The notes below the pieces were generated by a model. The model did not search any database, was not told the origin of the DNA, and saw nothing but the letters and a program-made list of their open reading frames with translations. The position numbers and the translations under genes are program-made. From an uncultured Candidatus Binatia bacterium (GTDB taxonomy: Bacteria > Desulfobacterota > Binatia > Bin18), in assembly GCA_965214605.1 (NCBI GenBank), contig OZ243961.1, positions 3,360,001 to 3,424,000 of the forward strand: a stretch of 64,000 bases of DNA, read 5' to 3'. Every line of letters starts with the position of its first letter. Position 1 is the first letter of the stretch. Positions 38,037 to 48,162 of the stretch are shown here, in pieces.

Positions 38037-38996
38037 CTAGGCCGCTGAACGGTGTCCCTCTTTTGTCAGGCGCACAAATAATTCTTCTAAGCCGGCGGTG
38101 AGCGGATTGAGTTCGTGCAGGGACCAACCTCGGTTGACCACGAGCTTGGCGAGCTGGTGGCTGAGGGCGCGGTCTTGCGAGTGGACAAGAAAGAGCCGGC
38201 CCGGCTGTTCATCCTCCTCTTCCGGGGGGTCTTGAAGGATAACTTCACTCACTCCGGGCAGGGCTTTGAGCGCGTTTTGAACCTCCTGTACCGGACCTAC
38301 AATCCGCATCCGCGTCTGGGTGGCGGAGCGCAGTCGTTCACCGAGTCCCGCCGGGGTATCCTCGGCCAGGATTTGGCCTTTATCGATAATCACCACGCGG
38401 TGACACACCTGGGCGACTTCAGCCAGAATATGGCTCGATAGTAAAATGGTCGTTTTTCCGCCCAGACTCTTGATCAGCTGGCGCATATCGATCAGCTGAT
38501 GGGGATCAAGACCGATCGTGGGTTCGTCGAGAATCAAGACCTGGGGATCACACAGCAGGGCTTGGGCTAGGCCGACCCGCTGGCGATAGCCTTTTGATAA
38601 GGTGCCGATATGGCGACGGGCCATGTGACTGAGGCCACAGAGGTCGAGCACGCGCTCGACCTGCTTGTGCCGTTCCTTCCCAGCAGCCGTTTTCACTCGT
38701 ACGCAGAAGGCCAGAAAAGCACGGACCGTCATATCTGGATACAGCACGACATTTTCGGCCAAATAGCCGAGCTTGCGGCGCATCTCCAAAGACGCGGTTT
38801 CGACATCGTAGCCGGCCACCACAACCCGGCCCTCGGTCGGCGGGAAGAACCCGGTCAGAATGCGCATGAGTGTAGTTTTGCCCGAGCCGTTTGGGCCTAA
38901 CAACCCGACGATCTCTCCTTCTTGGACGTCGAAGGAAACCCGGTGCAAAGCCCGCACCTGACCGTAGTATTTGGTAATGTTATGGACTGCGATCAT
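38037..38996 (-). CDS. ABC transporter ATP-binding protein (GldA-like)
   Basis: GPNGSGKT, LSKGYRQR, LDEPTIGLDP, SSHILAEV. Confidence 0.93.
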   Translation of the reverse strand: MIAVHNITKYYGQVRALHRVSFDVQEGEIVGLLGPNGSGKTTLMRILTGFFPPTEGRVVVAGYDVETASLEMRRKLGYLAENVVLYPDMTVRAFLAFCVRVKTAAGKERHKQVERVLDLCGLSHMARRHIGTLSKGYRQRVGLAQALLCDPQVLILDEPTIGLDPHQLIDMRQLIKSLGGKTTILLSSHILAEVAQVCHRVVIIDKGQILAEDTPAGLGERLRSATQTRMRIVGPVQEVQNALKALPGVSEVILQDPPEEEDEQPGRLFLVHSQDRALSHQLAKLVVNRGWSLHELNPLTAGLEELFVRLTKEGHRSAA

Positions 38997-39023
38997 ACTG
39001 CCTTCTGCATCTCTGGGGCAGTC

Positions 39024-39389
39024 TTATTCGGCCGGGACTCGGGACGGGGCAGCCTTGAGTTGGTCGAGCTCGGTTTGCAGCTCTGCGGCTCTGTTCTCTG
39101 CCTGTTCAACTTGCCGTCTAAACGTGTCGGCGCGTCGGCTGAGCACGTCCCTGTCTTTGGTAACGGTTTTGAGATTTACTTCATATTCGGCGTTTTGTAG
39201 ACGCAGAATGCCGACTTCTCCGGGCAGGATTCCGGAGAAAAGGGCCGAGGTGAGTCCTAAGCGCTCAAACGCGATGCCAGCCAGGACTAGGGCAAGCCAT
39301 AAGACTCCGACGCCAACATAGCCCCAAGTAAGCTTGGCAAGTGATTCGTCTTCTATGCCCTGTTGTTCTTCTGTTTTTTCTTTCGCCAT
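39024..39389 (-). CDS. Single-TM coiled-coil hypothetical protein
   Basis: One hydrophobic helix, then a heptad-rich C-terminus; GAGGGA RBS. Confidence 0.7.
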   Translation of the reverse strand: MAKEKTEEQQGIEDESLAKLTWGYVGVGVLWLALVLAGIAFERLGLTSALFSGILPGEVGILRLQNAEYEVNLKTVTKDRDVLSRRADTFRRQVEQAENRAAELQTELDQLKAAPSRVPAE

Positions 39390-39481
39390 AAGTCCCTCTC
39401 TATTATTGTGAAGATGAAGGATTACATAGCAAAGAACTGGAGAGGAGAAAAGGCGAGGGTCCTTATCTATGGGTCGCATGT

Positions 39482-39515
39482 CGGTGAACAAGGTGCCGAA
39501 GCACCTTGTTCACCG
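39482..39515 (-). terminator. 15-bp perfect hairpin with a C(UUCG)G tetraloop
   Basis: Minus strand CGGTGAACAAGGTGC-TTCG-GCACCTTGTTCACCG, 7 nt after the DUF1329 stop; no U-tract. Confidence 0.75.
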
Positions 39516-39522
39516 CCGAACT

Positions 39523-40887
39523 TTAGCGAGCGCTACGGATCAGGAAGTTGACCGAGAACGCTTCTGGCGTGTTAATCGGAGTGGCCTCGTTGAAGTACCA
39601 TTCCTGGGTCCACTCATTCTTTGACCGGGCGTAGCCAGACGGTGCGTCCCACTTGGTCGAGTGGGCCAGCTGCACGTCAGCGCCCATCCCATGCGGGGTG
39701 AAGGCCCACACGTCTTGGTAGTCGTACTTGGCCCCTTCCAGTTTGTTGACCGGATAGCCCTTGTACGGAGTGCTCACGTAGTTGAACAGGTTGAACCAGA
39801 ACTTCCACAGCTCTCCACCCTGGTCATACATCTCGGCAAAGCTCATCCCCCAGAAGTCCTTGTCGATGTACATGATTCGCTTGGAGTAGGCATACTGGCT
39901 GTAGGCCGACGGAATCCCTTCGACCACATACACCGGCCGCCGCTCCCAAGGGACATTACAGGGGATGAAGGCCGTTATTCCAGTCGTGCCGTCAGGCTCT
40001 GCGCACCACACCTTGCGGGTGCCGTACAATCCAATGTGAACCGGGGCTAGGATGTCTTTTTCCGACAAGACCCGGAAGGTCCAGTAGGAGTGCTTGGAGT
40101 TGAACCCCCACAGCGAGTCCAGATCCATGTCCGTCCCCCAGAAGGCGTCACTGCGGTTGGCCACGCTGATGCGGCGCACCCGGCGTAACTCGGGCAGGTA
40201 CATGTAGGAGTCATCCGGGACGTCCATCCCCAGATAGCGATTGTTGAGCACCCCCGCCCCCTTAAGGTCGTTGGGGATAAACAGCGGTCCGAACTGCTCC
40301 GTATAGCGCATCGGCGGATTGTTCGCCACGACCGGCTTTGGATCGGTGTACAAACGACCCGTCCACATCATGCGCCGCCAGAACTGCGACCCGTAGGTCC
40401 GCTCCAGCTCCCCCTTGCTGTTGACGAGCTCGGTGATCCACTCGGTGCCCACATTGTCCACATACTGGGGCTTTTGTTCCTGGTTCCACATGACCTTGGC
40501 CCCGGCCAGCGGATCGTTGAGATCGATGTTGGGAAAGGGCACCCCGGACACATAGTTGAACATCTCCCGGCCGTCTGGGGAGATCTCAACCTGACCAGAG
40601 TATTTCTCGGTCGCCTCTTGGAAGAGGCGGGGCAGTGGGACCTTGATCGTCTTGATGACCCGGATCTCCATGCCTTCGTTGACGAACCACTGAATCCCGG
40701 GGATAAGCAGGTCGCCGGCCTCCGCCATATTATCTTTCGTAAATACCTCGCCGGTGTATTCGTGCTCAGGGCCGATACATTCGACTAGCGTACAATCGGA
40801 GTACGCTGCGTTGGCTGGATCTGCCGGACTGAACGCGCCAATGGCTAGTCCAGTACAGGCGATTCCAAAGAGTTGCTTCAGTTTCAT
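39523..40887 (-). CDS. DUF1329-like periplasmic protein
   Basis: Signal peptide, GVPFP..D..AGAKVMWN, YLPELRRVRR, YDQGGELWK; GGAGG RBS. Confidence 0.88.
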   Translation of the reverse strand: MKLKQLFGIACTGLAIGAFSPADPANAAYSDCTLVECIGPEHEYTGEVFTKDNMAEAGDLLIPGIQWFVNEGMEIRVIKTIKVPLPRLFQEATEKYSGQVEISPDGREMFNYVSGVPFPNIDLNDPLAGAKVMWNQEQKPQYVDNVGTEWITELVNSKGELERTYGSQFWRRMMWTGRLYTDPKPVVANNPPMRYTEQFGPLFIPNDLKGAGVLNNRYLGMDVPDDSYMYLPELRRVRRISVANRSDAFWGTDMDLDSLWGFNSKHSYWTFRVLSEKDILAPVHIGLYGTRKVWCAEPDGTTGITAFIPCNVPWERRPVYVVEGIPSAYSQYAYSKRIMYIDKDFWGMSFAEMYDQGGELWKFWFNLFNYVSTPYKGYPVNKLEGAKYDYQDVWAFTPHGMGADVQLAHSTKWDAPSGYARSKNEWTQEWYFNEATPINTPEAFSVNFLIRSAR

Positions 40888-40930
40888 AGTATTTCCTCCC
40901 TGTGAGACCGTAGTCTGCGTGAGAATATAG

Positions 40931-40971
40931 TCTGCAACCACGACATGTTATAATCTGCAACCACAACATGT
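40931..40971. repeat. 18-bp direct repeat, putative operator
   Basis: TCTGCAACCACGACATGT (40931) and TCTGCAACCACAACATGT (40954). Confidence 0.75.
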
Positions 40972-40989
40972 ACTGTTCACATCACTTCA

Positions 40990-41835
40990 TTAGGGTGGAC
41001 CACGTTCCATTTCATCCTCTCCATACTGCCCAAATGACAGAAAGCGAGGGAAAAGGTCAATAGCCTGATCAGAGGCTTTTTTGACCTCCAGAGGGAGAGG
41101 GGCTGGTGAACCACTATTTTTTTGGCTGAGCTTCCGTTCCAGAATGCCGTCGATAATGGTTTCAAGGTTGGTCTGGGAAGTGGTCTTGACCCGAATCCAG
41201 CCATCAAGAATGAAGCCAGGTACGGAATCGAGCTGGTAGCGACGTCCTAAGGCTACACTGCGGGCGACCTCCGCCTTGCCGTCTTCGCCTGCTAGGCGGG
41301 TGAGCAGCAGGTCTGGATCAAGACCGATCCTGTCCGCCACTCGGGCCAGGCCGTCCCGGCTGGTAATATCGAGCTGCTCTTCGAACTGGACCTGAAAGAG
41401 CGCCTGTTGCATCTCTTTGCGGAGACCAAACTCGTCGGCCAAGACGTAGGCACGGGCCGGGATAGAGGATTTTTGGTCGACAATCGGGTAGCTGAGGAAC
41501 TCGACTCGCAAGCGGGTGCCATATTTTTTTTGGAGCTCGGGGATGAGTTGAGTAACCGCTCGGTAGCAGGCCGCGCACAGAAAGTCCTCAAAGACGGTCA
41601 GTCTGACCGAATCCGGCCCAGCCTCCTGGGGGGCACGCCGGACGAAGTCATAGGAACCGGGTATGGAAAAGTAGCGGTCAAGGAGGTCCTCTGCGGCTGA
41701 ACTCAGCTGAGGTAGGCAGAAGACGCTCAGCAGCCCGAGGCCGAGTCCGAGATGTTTCAGCCGCCGCCCTCTCCGGTATGGTCGAGCCGTCTTCATGAAT
41801 GATCGGAGTTTCTTGCGTGGGTGGGAGTGAGTCAT
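40990..41835 (-). CDS. Exported DsbA-family thiol-disulfide oxidoreductase
   Basis: Signal peptide, FEDFLCAACY, SVPGF cis-Pro. The start is either 41835 or 41796. Confidence 0.82.
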   Translation of the reverse strand: MTHSHPRKKLRSFMKTARPYRRGRRLKHLGLGLGLLSVFCLPQLSSAAEDLLDRYFSIPGSYDFVRRAPQEAGPDSVRLTVFEDFLCAACYRAVTQLIPELQKKYGTRLRVEFLSYPIVDQKSSIPARAYVLADEFGLRKEMQQALFQVQFEEQLDITSRDGLARVADRIGLDPDLLLTRLAGEDGKAEVARSVALGRRYQLDSVPGFILDGWIRVKTTSQTNLETIIDGILERKLSQKNSGSPAPLPLEVKKASDQAIDLFPRFLSFGQYGEDEMERGPP

Positions 41836-41946
41836 GCTTGAAGCCCCCCCAGCAGCCCCGCGCAAGAGGCGGACAGGGCACGGGTGGAGCTGGCGCCTAG
41901 GCGTCTGATGAGGGGCGGGCCACATAAAAAAGAACGACGCTGTCCT

Positions 41947-42039
41947 TGTCTGTCTCTGGGTTGGCGGGCTATAGTCACCGTCGTGGCGTCCCCACCTGGT
42001 TTTTGGGGGGTGTTTGTCTCTGCGTTGGCGGGCTATAGT
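41947..42039 (+). repeat. 29-bp direct repeat ending in TATAGT (duplicated promoter/operator)
   Basis: TGTCTGTCTCTGGGTTGGCGGGCTATAGT and TGTTTGTCTCTGCGTTGGCGGGCTATAGT, period 64. Confidence 0.75.
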
Positions 42040-42079
42040 ACGGAAGTGCTCGTAAGTCTTTGTGTAGGAGGAGGATATC

Positions 42080-42646
42080 ATGCGTCGGCTGTCCTTTGTC
42101 ATGTTGTCAATATTCTTGGCTTTTGCCTTTTTTCTGGTCGCCCTCGGAGGGGCAGCTCAGGAGGAGGGCCAGGACGACCTGAGAAACATCAAAATTGGCT
42201 ACGTCGACCTGGTGCGGGCTATGGCTGAGTGCGAGGCGGGCAAAAAGGCCCAAGACCAACTCAAGAAGGATCTCGAAAAGTCGGAGGCTCGTTTGCGGCA
42301 GCAGAGAGATCGGGTCGAAAAGCTCAAAGAGGAGCTTGAAAAGAAGGGCATGGTCCTCCGTGAAGAAGAACGTGACGCGTTGGGACAGGATTACCGTCAG
42401 AGCCTGCGAGATTTTGAACGACGTTATAAAGATGCCGAGGAAGATCTCAAGATCAAAGATCGCCAGCTGACCAGTCGGATCATGGTGCAGTTGCAGCAGA
42501 TTGTGGCCGAGCTAGGCGAACAAGGCGCATATACGGTTATTTTAGAAGGCAATAACACTGTCGTCTTATATGGCAAGCAAGATATTGATCTGACCGATCA
42601 GGTCATTCAGGAACACAATAAGCGTTTCCCCCAGAAAAGAGGCTAG
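42080..42646 (+). CDS. skp: OmpH/Skp periplasmic chaperone
   Basis: Signal peptide, KIGYVD, coiled coil, DLTDQVI. Confidence 0.9.
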   Translation: MRRLSFVMLSIFLAFAFFLVALGGAAQEEGQDDLRNIKIGYVDLVRAMAECEAGKKAQDQLKKDLEKSEARLRQQRDRVEKLKEELEKKGMVLREEERDALGQDYRQSLRDFERRYKDAEEDLKIKDRQLTSRIMVQLQQIVAELGEQGAYTVILEGNNTVVLYGKQDIDLTDQVIQEHNKRFPQKRG

Positions 42647-42653
42647 CTCGTTG

Positions 42654-42673
42654 GGGCGGTTTATACACCGCCC
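42654..42673. terminator. Hairpin between convergent skp and acnA
   Basis: GGGCGGT-TTATAC-ACCGCCC. Confidence 0.55.
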
Positions 42674-42681
42674 TCTCTGCT

Positions 42682-45396
42682 CTAGGCCTGGGCAATCAAC
42701 TGTCGCAGCACGTAGTGCAAAATTCCACCCTGCCGATAGTATTCGACTTCTATCGGCGTATCGATCCGGACGCTTACCGTAACGTCTTGACTCTCTCCAC
42801 TCGTCCGGTGAATTGTCAGGGTCGCGTCTTGCTGGGGTCTGAGGTCGTCGGCGATGCCTGTCAGATCAAAGGTCTCACTGCCGTCCAGATTCAGCGCCCC
42901 AACGCTGGTGCCGTCTTTGAACTGACACGGCAACACGCCCATGCCGACCAGGTTACTGCGGTGAATCCGCTCAAAGCTCTGGGCAATCACCGCCCTCACA
43001 CCGAGCAGGGCGGTGCCCTTGGCTGCCCAGTCGCGTGAGCTGCCCGTCCCGTATTCTTGGCCGGCAATCACGACTAGCGGAGTACCGGCGACCTGGTATT
43101 GGACCGCCGCGTCATAGATGTCCATCTGCTGGCCAGGCCCGTTGGCGTAGGACAGGGTCACCCCGCCCTCAGAGCCTGGGACCATCAGGTTTTTAATCCG
43201 GATATTCGCAAACGTTCCCCGGGTCATCACCCGATCATTGCCCCGCCGTGAGCCGTAGCTGTTAAAGTCGGCGACATTGACCCCGTTGTCCTGCAAATAT
43301 TGACCGGCGGGCGAGGTTGGTTTGATCGCCCCGGCCGGACTGATGTGATCGGTGGTCACCGAATCGCCTAACACGGCCAGCGGACGAGCGCCTATAATCG
43401 TGCTGATTGTACCGGGCTCAAGTCCAAACGCCTCAAAGAACGGGGGCTCTTGAATATAGGTCGAAGCTGGGTCCCAGCTGTAGAGATTGCCAGTGGTACT
43501 GCGGATCTCATTCCACAGGGGGTTGTCGGCGTTGAGATCAGCGTACAAATCGCGATACGTCTGGGGCTCGCGTGCGGCCTGGATCAACGCCTGGATTTCT
43601 GAAGAGGTGGGCCACAGATCGCGCAGATAGACCGGCTGCCCATCTTTGCCGTTGCCCAGCGGCTCGGTGTTCAGGTCAATGTCGACCCGACCGGCTAGCG
43701 CAAAGGCCACAACTAGAGGTGGGCTCATCAGAAAGTTGGCTTTAATATTCTGGTGTACCCGCGCCTCAAAGTTGCGATTGCCGCTCAACACGCTGGCGGT
43801 GATAAGGTCGTTTGTGGTCACCGCGGCCTCAATCTCGGGGTCGAGCGGACCTGAATTGCCGATGCAGGTGGTACAGCCGTAGCCGACCAGATAAAAGCCG
43901 AGTTGATTGAGAGAGACCTGCAGGCCGGTTTTTTCCAGATATTCGGTGACGACACGCGAACCTGGGCCTAAAGACGCTTTGACCGTCGGACGGAGCGTTA
44001 AGCCTTTTTCGACCGCTTTTTGGGCCACTAGGCCAGCCGTCAGCATAACGCTCGGGTTTGAGGTGTTCGTGCACGACGTAATGGCCGCAATCAGCACATC
44101 GCCGTGGCCGATATCGCTTGGTCCGCGTGAAGAACCCGAGCCCTTGAGGGGATAACGTTTCCCAAACTCGTCCGGCGACTTGTCATACCCGTTCTCACTC
44201 GCCGGCTTCTGAAACAGCTCGCCAAAGGTCTGTTTCAACTCTGGCAGATTAATCCGATCCTGGGGACGTTTCGGACCGGCCACAGCGGGCTGTACATCGG
44301 CTAGGTCGAGTTCTAAGACCTGACTGTAGGCACACTGATCTTTCCCCGGAATGCCGAACATGTCCTGGGCCTGGAAGTAGCGCCGAAACGCGTCGACCTG
44401 CTCCTCACTTCGACCGGTTGCTTCGAGATAGCGGCAGGTCTCTTCATCGACAGGGAAAAAGCCCATTGTTGCGCCATATTCCGGAGCCATATTGGCAATG
44501 GTGGCGCGGTCGGTCAGTGGCAGCTGAGCAGCACCCTGGCCGTGGAACTCGACAAACTTGCCCACGACTTTTGCCGCCCGCAGCATCTCGGTGCAGTGCA
44601 GCACCAGGTCGGTTGCGGTCACGCCTTCCCGCAACGACCCCGTGAGATGCACCCCTACCACATCCGGGGTAAGAAAGTAGACCGGCTGACCCAGCATGCC
44701 GGCCTCAGCCTCAATGCCGCCAACACCCCAACCGACCACCCCCAGACCGTTGATCATGGTTGTGTGTGAGTCGGTCCCGACCAGCGTATCCGGGTAATAC
44801 ACTCCATCTTTTTCCAGCACTCCCTTAGCCAGGTATTCGAGATTGACCTGGTGCACGATGCCGATACCGGGTGGCACGACTTTAAAGCTGTCAAAGGCTT
44901 GCATACCCCATTTGAGGAATTGATAACGTGCCTGATTGCGCTCAAATTCTTTTTGCATGTTTCGCTGCAGAGCGTTGCCGACCCCGGCATAATCGATCTG
45001 GATCGAGTGGTCGACGACCAGATCGACAGGGACCAGTGGCTCAATCAGTTTCGGGTCTTTGCCCAGCTTGGCAACCGCAGAGCGCATGGCCGCCAGGTCG
45101 ACCAGCAGGGGCACGCCGGTAAAGTCCTGCAAGACAATCCGGGCAACGGTGAACGGAATTTCTGCAGTCCGGGTCTCGTTCGGCTCCCAGCCCGCGACAT
45201 TACGCACGTCGCGCTCCTCAATACGCGTCCCGTCGTAGTTGCGCAGCACCGATTCGAGCACGATGCGGAGGCTGATTGGCAGGCGCGAGATGTGTCCTAG
45301 GCCGTGGTGCTCCAGCTGAGGCAAGGAGTAGAACTGAGCCGTCCGACCGTTTCCCAGCTCGAATGTTTGCACGCTATTAAAAAGATTATGTGGCAT
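42682..45396 (-). CDS. acnA: Aconitate hydratase A
   Basis: [45 protein letters not shown]. Confidence 0.97.
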   Translation of the reverse strand: MPHNLFNSVQTFELGNGRTAQFYSLPQLEHHGLGHISRLPISLRIVLESVLRNYDGTRIEERDVRNVAGWEPNETRTAEIPFTVARIVLQDFTGVPLLVDLAAMRSAVAKLGKDPKLIEPLVPVDLVVDHSIQIDYAGVGNALQRNMQKEFERNQARYQFLKWGMQAFDSFKVVPPGIGIVHQVNLEYLAKGVLEKDGVYYPDTLVGTDSHTTMINGLGVVGWGVGGIEAEAGMLGQPVYFLTPDVVGVHLTGSLREGVTATDLVLHCTEMLRAAKVVGKFVEFHGQGAAQLPLTDRATIANMAPEYGATMGFFPVDEETCRYLEATGRSEEQVDAFRRYFQAQDMFGIPGKDQCAYSQVLELDLADVQPAVAGPKRPQDRINLPELKQTFGELFQKPASENGYDKSPDEFGKRYPLKGSGSSRGPSDIGHGDVLIAAITSCTNTSNPSVMLTAGLVAQKAVEKGLTLRPTVKASLGPGSRVVTEYLEKTGLQVSLNQLGFYLVGYGCTTCIGNSGPLDPEIEAAVTTNDLITASVLSGNRNFEARVHQNIKANFLMSPPLVVAFALAGRVDIDLNTEPLGNGKDGQPVYLRDLWPTSSEIQALIQAAREPQTYRDLYADLNADNPLWNEIRSTTGNLYSWDPASTYIQEPPFFEAFGLEPGTISTIIGARPLAVLGDSVTTDHISPAGAIKPTSPAGQYLQDNGVNVADFNSYGSRRGNDRVMTRGTFANIRIKNLMVPGSEGGVTLSYANGPGQQMDIYDAAVQYQVAGTPLVVIAGQEYGTGSSRDWAAKGTALLGVRAVIAQSFERIHRSNLVGMGVLPCQFKDGTSVGALNLDGSETFDLTGIADDLRPQQDATLTIHRTSGESQDVTVSVRIDTPIEVEYYRQGGILHYVLRQLIAQA

Positions 45397-45561
45397 GGCT
45401 ATTCCTCTTCTAGACGATGATGCAATACAAGTGGCAAAGCCACCTGAGCTCGGCACGTTTTGTATACGGCTTGGGGGGCAAAAGGCAAGCCGGCGGTCTT
45501 TCCCCCGGTCTGGATTTCGCATACATCAGATCCCAGTGTTGAGCCGCGCGAAGGACGCTTG

Positions 45562-46104
45562 ATGAAAGTCTGTTCTACTGCTCTGCCCGAGGTTCTCGTT
45601 GTTGAACCTGAGGTCTTCCAGGACAAGCGAGGATTTTTCCTGGAAACCTACCACGCCCGGAAGTACGCTGAGATGGGTATTCCTGCGGTCTTTGTCCAGG
45701 ACAATCATTCACGCTCGCAGCACAACACCCTGCGCGGGCTGCACGCTCAAGGTCGGCATCCGCAGGGCAAGCTCGTGCGCGTGATTCAGGGTGAGATCTT
45801 CGATGTTGCGGTTGATATCCGTCCCGTCTCAGCCACATTTGGGCGTTGGGTTGGCGTGTGGCTGTCCGCCCAAAATTTCCGCCAAGTCTATGTGCCGCCC
45901 GGCTTTGCTCACGGCTTTTGCGTGCTCAGCGAGAGTGCCGAGGTGGTCTATAAGTGCACGGACTTCCACGATCCAGCCGACGAAATCGGGATTGTCTGGA
46001 ACGATCCTGAGATTGGTATTGCGTGGCCGGTTGCGGAGCCGATTTTGTCGGACAAGGATCGACGCGCGCCGCGCTTGGCCGAGGTGGTCAAAAGGTTCGG
46101 CTGA
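45562..46104 (+). CDS. rfbC: dTDP-4-dehydrorhamnose 3,5-epimerase
   Basis: DKRGFF, QDNHS, LRGLH, GFAHGF, YKCT. Confidence 0.95.
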   Translation: MKVCSTALPEVLVVEPEVFQDKRGFFLETYHARKYAEMGIPAVFVQDNHSRSQHNTLRGLHAQGRHPQGKLVRVIQGEIFDVAVDIRPVSATFGRWVGVWLSAQNFRQVYVPPGFAHGFCVLSESAEVVYKCTDFHDPADEIGIVWNDPEIGIAWPVAEPILSDKDRRAPRLAEVVKRFG

Positions 46105-46114
46105 CAGAGCGGGA

Positions 46115-46189
<75 letters not shown>

Positions 46190-46213
46190 TTCTGGAGGGG
46201 CAGATAGAGGGTG

Positions 46214-46286
46214 TGAGCCGACCGGGGCTCGAACCCGGGACCCTCTGCTTAAAAGGCAGATGCTCTACCGACTGAGCTATCGGCTC
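46214..46286 (-). tRNA. tRNA-Lys(TTT)
   Basis: Reverse complement GAGCCGATAGCTCAG...TCTGCCTTTTAAGCAGA...GGTTCGAGCC...CGGCTCA. Confidence 0.95.
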
Positions 46287-46395
46287 GGTCTGGCCAGGAA
46301 CATAGCTGATGACAACAGAGAACTCAAACCCCTGCAGCGAGTTTCCTGTCCGTCTGGCGTTGACTTGCTCCTCAGCCGCCTGTTAGCGTTTGGTT

Positions 46396-47808
46396 ATGAC
46401 AACGGTTCGTTCACGTTTTGCCCCTAGTCCAACCGGTTACCTGCACATCGGCGGCGCGCGCACCGCTCTCTTTGCCTATCTGGCCGCCAAGGAACACGGC
46501 GGCACGTTTGTGCTCCGTATTGACGATACCGATCGGCACCGCTCGACCCCGGAATTTCAGGCCGATATCCTGGACGCGCTGCACTGGCTTGGGCTGGACG
46601 GGGATGAAGGCCCCTATTTGCAGAGCCAACGCACCGCCCTATACCAGGAGGCTGGCGAGCGCCTGCTGCGCCAGGCCAAAGCCTACCGCTGCTACTGTAC
46701 TCCCCAAGAATTACAGACCAAACGCCAAGCCGCCCTGGCCGCGGGTCGCCAGCCGATGTACGATGGAACGTGCCGCAACTCCACCCCTCAGCCCGGCGAC
46801 CGGCGGACGTTTACCATCCGTTTTAAAGGGCCTAGAGGAGGGCAGACGGTCGTTGACGACCTCATCAAGGGGCGGATCGTTTTTCAGAATCAGGAACTGG
46901 ACGATCTAATCTTGGTTCGTTCGGACGGCTCGCCCACCTATAACTTCTGTTCGGTCTTTGACGACGCCGATCTACGGATTAGCCATATTATACGCGGGGA
47001 CGATCATCTGACCAATACCCCGCGCCAAGTCCTGATTTTTCAAGCCCTGGATGCCGCTCCGCCCGCCTTTGCTCACCTGCCCCTGATTCTCGGCCCTGAT
47101 CGCGTTCGGCTCAGTAAACGGCACGGGGCCACTGCAGTGCGGACCTACCGTGAGATGGGCTATCTACCTGAGGCCTTGGTCAATTTTATTGCCCGGCTAG
47201 GCTGGTCATACGGCGATGACGAAGTCTTCTCGCGGGCCGATCTGCTCGACAAGTTCCGTCTTACCGACGTCGGTAAATCGGCCGGAGTGTTTAATGCTGA
47301 GAAACTGGAATGGCTCAATTTTCAGTATCAGCAGGCCCGCCCGTTGGCCCAAATCATCCAAGAGGTGAAACCTTTCCTAGCCGACAAAGGCTATCGTTTG
47401 CCCGACGAAGTGCGGCTCGGGCGGATGCTGAAGACGCTCCAGCCCCGGGCCAAAACCTTGCGGGAGTTGGCGGCGGCGGCGCATTTTTATCTTACCGAGA
47501 AAGTGACCTTTCAGGAAAAGGCGGTCAAAAAATTTCTGACATCAGACGGCTTAGCCCTCCTTGAACAGGTCCGCCACAGGCTCAGCCTTACGCAGGACTG
47601 GACCGAACAAGGCCTACATCTCGTCTTTAGCGGTCTGATGCAAGACCTTGATCTTAAGTTGGGCAAGATTGCTCAACCGGTGCGGGTAGCGTTGACCGGC
47701 GGGACGGCGAGTCCGGGAATTTTTGAGGTCATGGTCGCCCTAGGACAGGACCAAACACTCACCCGTCTGGATACTGCTCTGACGACTCTGGGAGCTGGAA
47801 AAGGGTAG
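46396..47808 (+). CDS. gltX: Glutamate--tRNA ligase
   Basis: RFAPSPTGYLHIGG, RGDDH, RLSKR, RVALTG. Confidence 0.96.
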   Translation: MTTVRSRFAPSPTGYLHIGGARTALFAYLAAKEHGGTFVLRIDDTDRHRSTPEFQADILDALHWLGLDGDEGPYLQSQRTALYQEAGERLLRQAKAYRCYCTPQELQTKRQAALAAGRQPMYDGTCRNSTPQPGDRRTFTIRFKGPRGGQTVVDDLIKGRIVFQNQELDDLILVRSDGSPTYNFCSVFDDADLRISHIIRGDDHLTNTPRQVLIFQALDAAPPAFAHLPLILGPDRVRLSKRHGATAVRTYREMGYLPEALVNFIARLGWSYGDDEVFSRADLLDKFRLTDVGKSAGVFNAEKLEWLNFQYQQARPLAQIIQEVKPFLADKGYRLPDEVRLGRMLKTLQPRAKTLRELAAAAHFYLTEKVTFQEKAVKKFLTSDGLALLEQVRHRLSLTQDWTEQGLHLVFSGLMQDLDLKLGKIAQPVRVALTGGTASPGIFEVMVALGQDQTLTRLDTALTTLGAGKG

Positions 47809-47816
47809 GTTTCAGC

Positions 47817-47845
47817 TTGACTTCAGCCTGTAGGTTCTTTATTTT
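47817..47845 (+). promoter_or_regulatory. Putative sigma70 promoter for tRNA-Gln/Glu
   Basis: TTGACT-N17-TATTTT, 9 nt before the tRNA. Confidence 0.55.
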
Positions 47846-47854
47846 TTAGACTGT

Positions 47855-47927
47855 TGAGGTGTGGGCTAATTGGTAAGCCACCTGACTCTGGATCAGGCGA
47901 TTGTAGGTTCGAGTCCTACCACCTCAG
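47855..47927 (+). tRNA. tRNA-Gln(CTG)
   Basis: TGAGGTG...CCTGA-CTCTGGA-TCAGG...GGTTCGAGTCC...CACCTCAG. Confidence 0.93.
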
Positions 47928-47933
47928 CTCCTG

Positions 47934-48005
47934 GGTCCCATCGTCTAGCGGTTAGGACGCCGGCCTCTCACGTCGGTAGCACGGGTTCGAGTCCCGTTGG
48001 GACCA
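47934..48005 (+). tRNA. tRNA-Glu(CTC)
   Basis: GGTCCCATCGTCTAG...CCGGC-CTCTCAC-GTCGG...GGTTCGAGTCC...TGGGACCA. Confidence 0.95.
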
Positions 48006-48162
48006 TCTTCCTAGGGCTTTTTGATACGAGTCCCATCAAAATTTGCCTCCTGGCTCCTCGCCCGCCCTGGTAATCCTCTCCCGCTATGCTAATTGGTAGA
48101 GGAGAGACACTAGAAGGACGAACAGACAACTCGGAACATAACCATTCACCAGTGTTTAGGGG

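Noticed and set aside
35241-38996. Gliding motility machinery
   Set aside because: GldAFG-like ABC systems are widespread, and no gldK-N, spr or agl/glt genes are present in this window.
40931-42039. Direct repeats as CRISPR remnants
   Set aside because: Only two copies each, located in promoter regions, with no cas genes.
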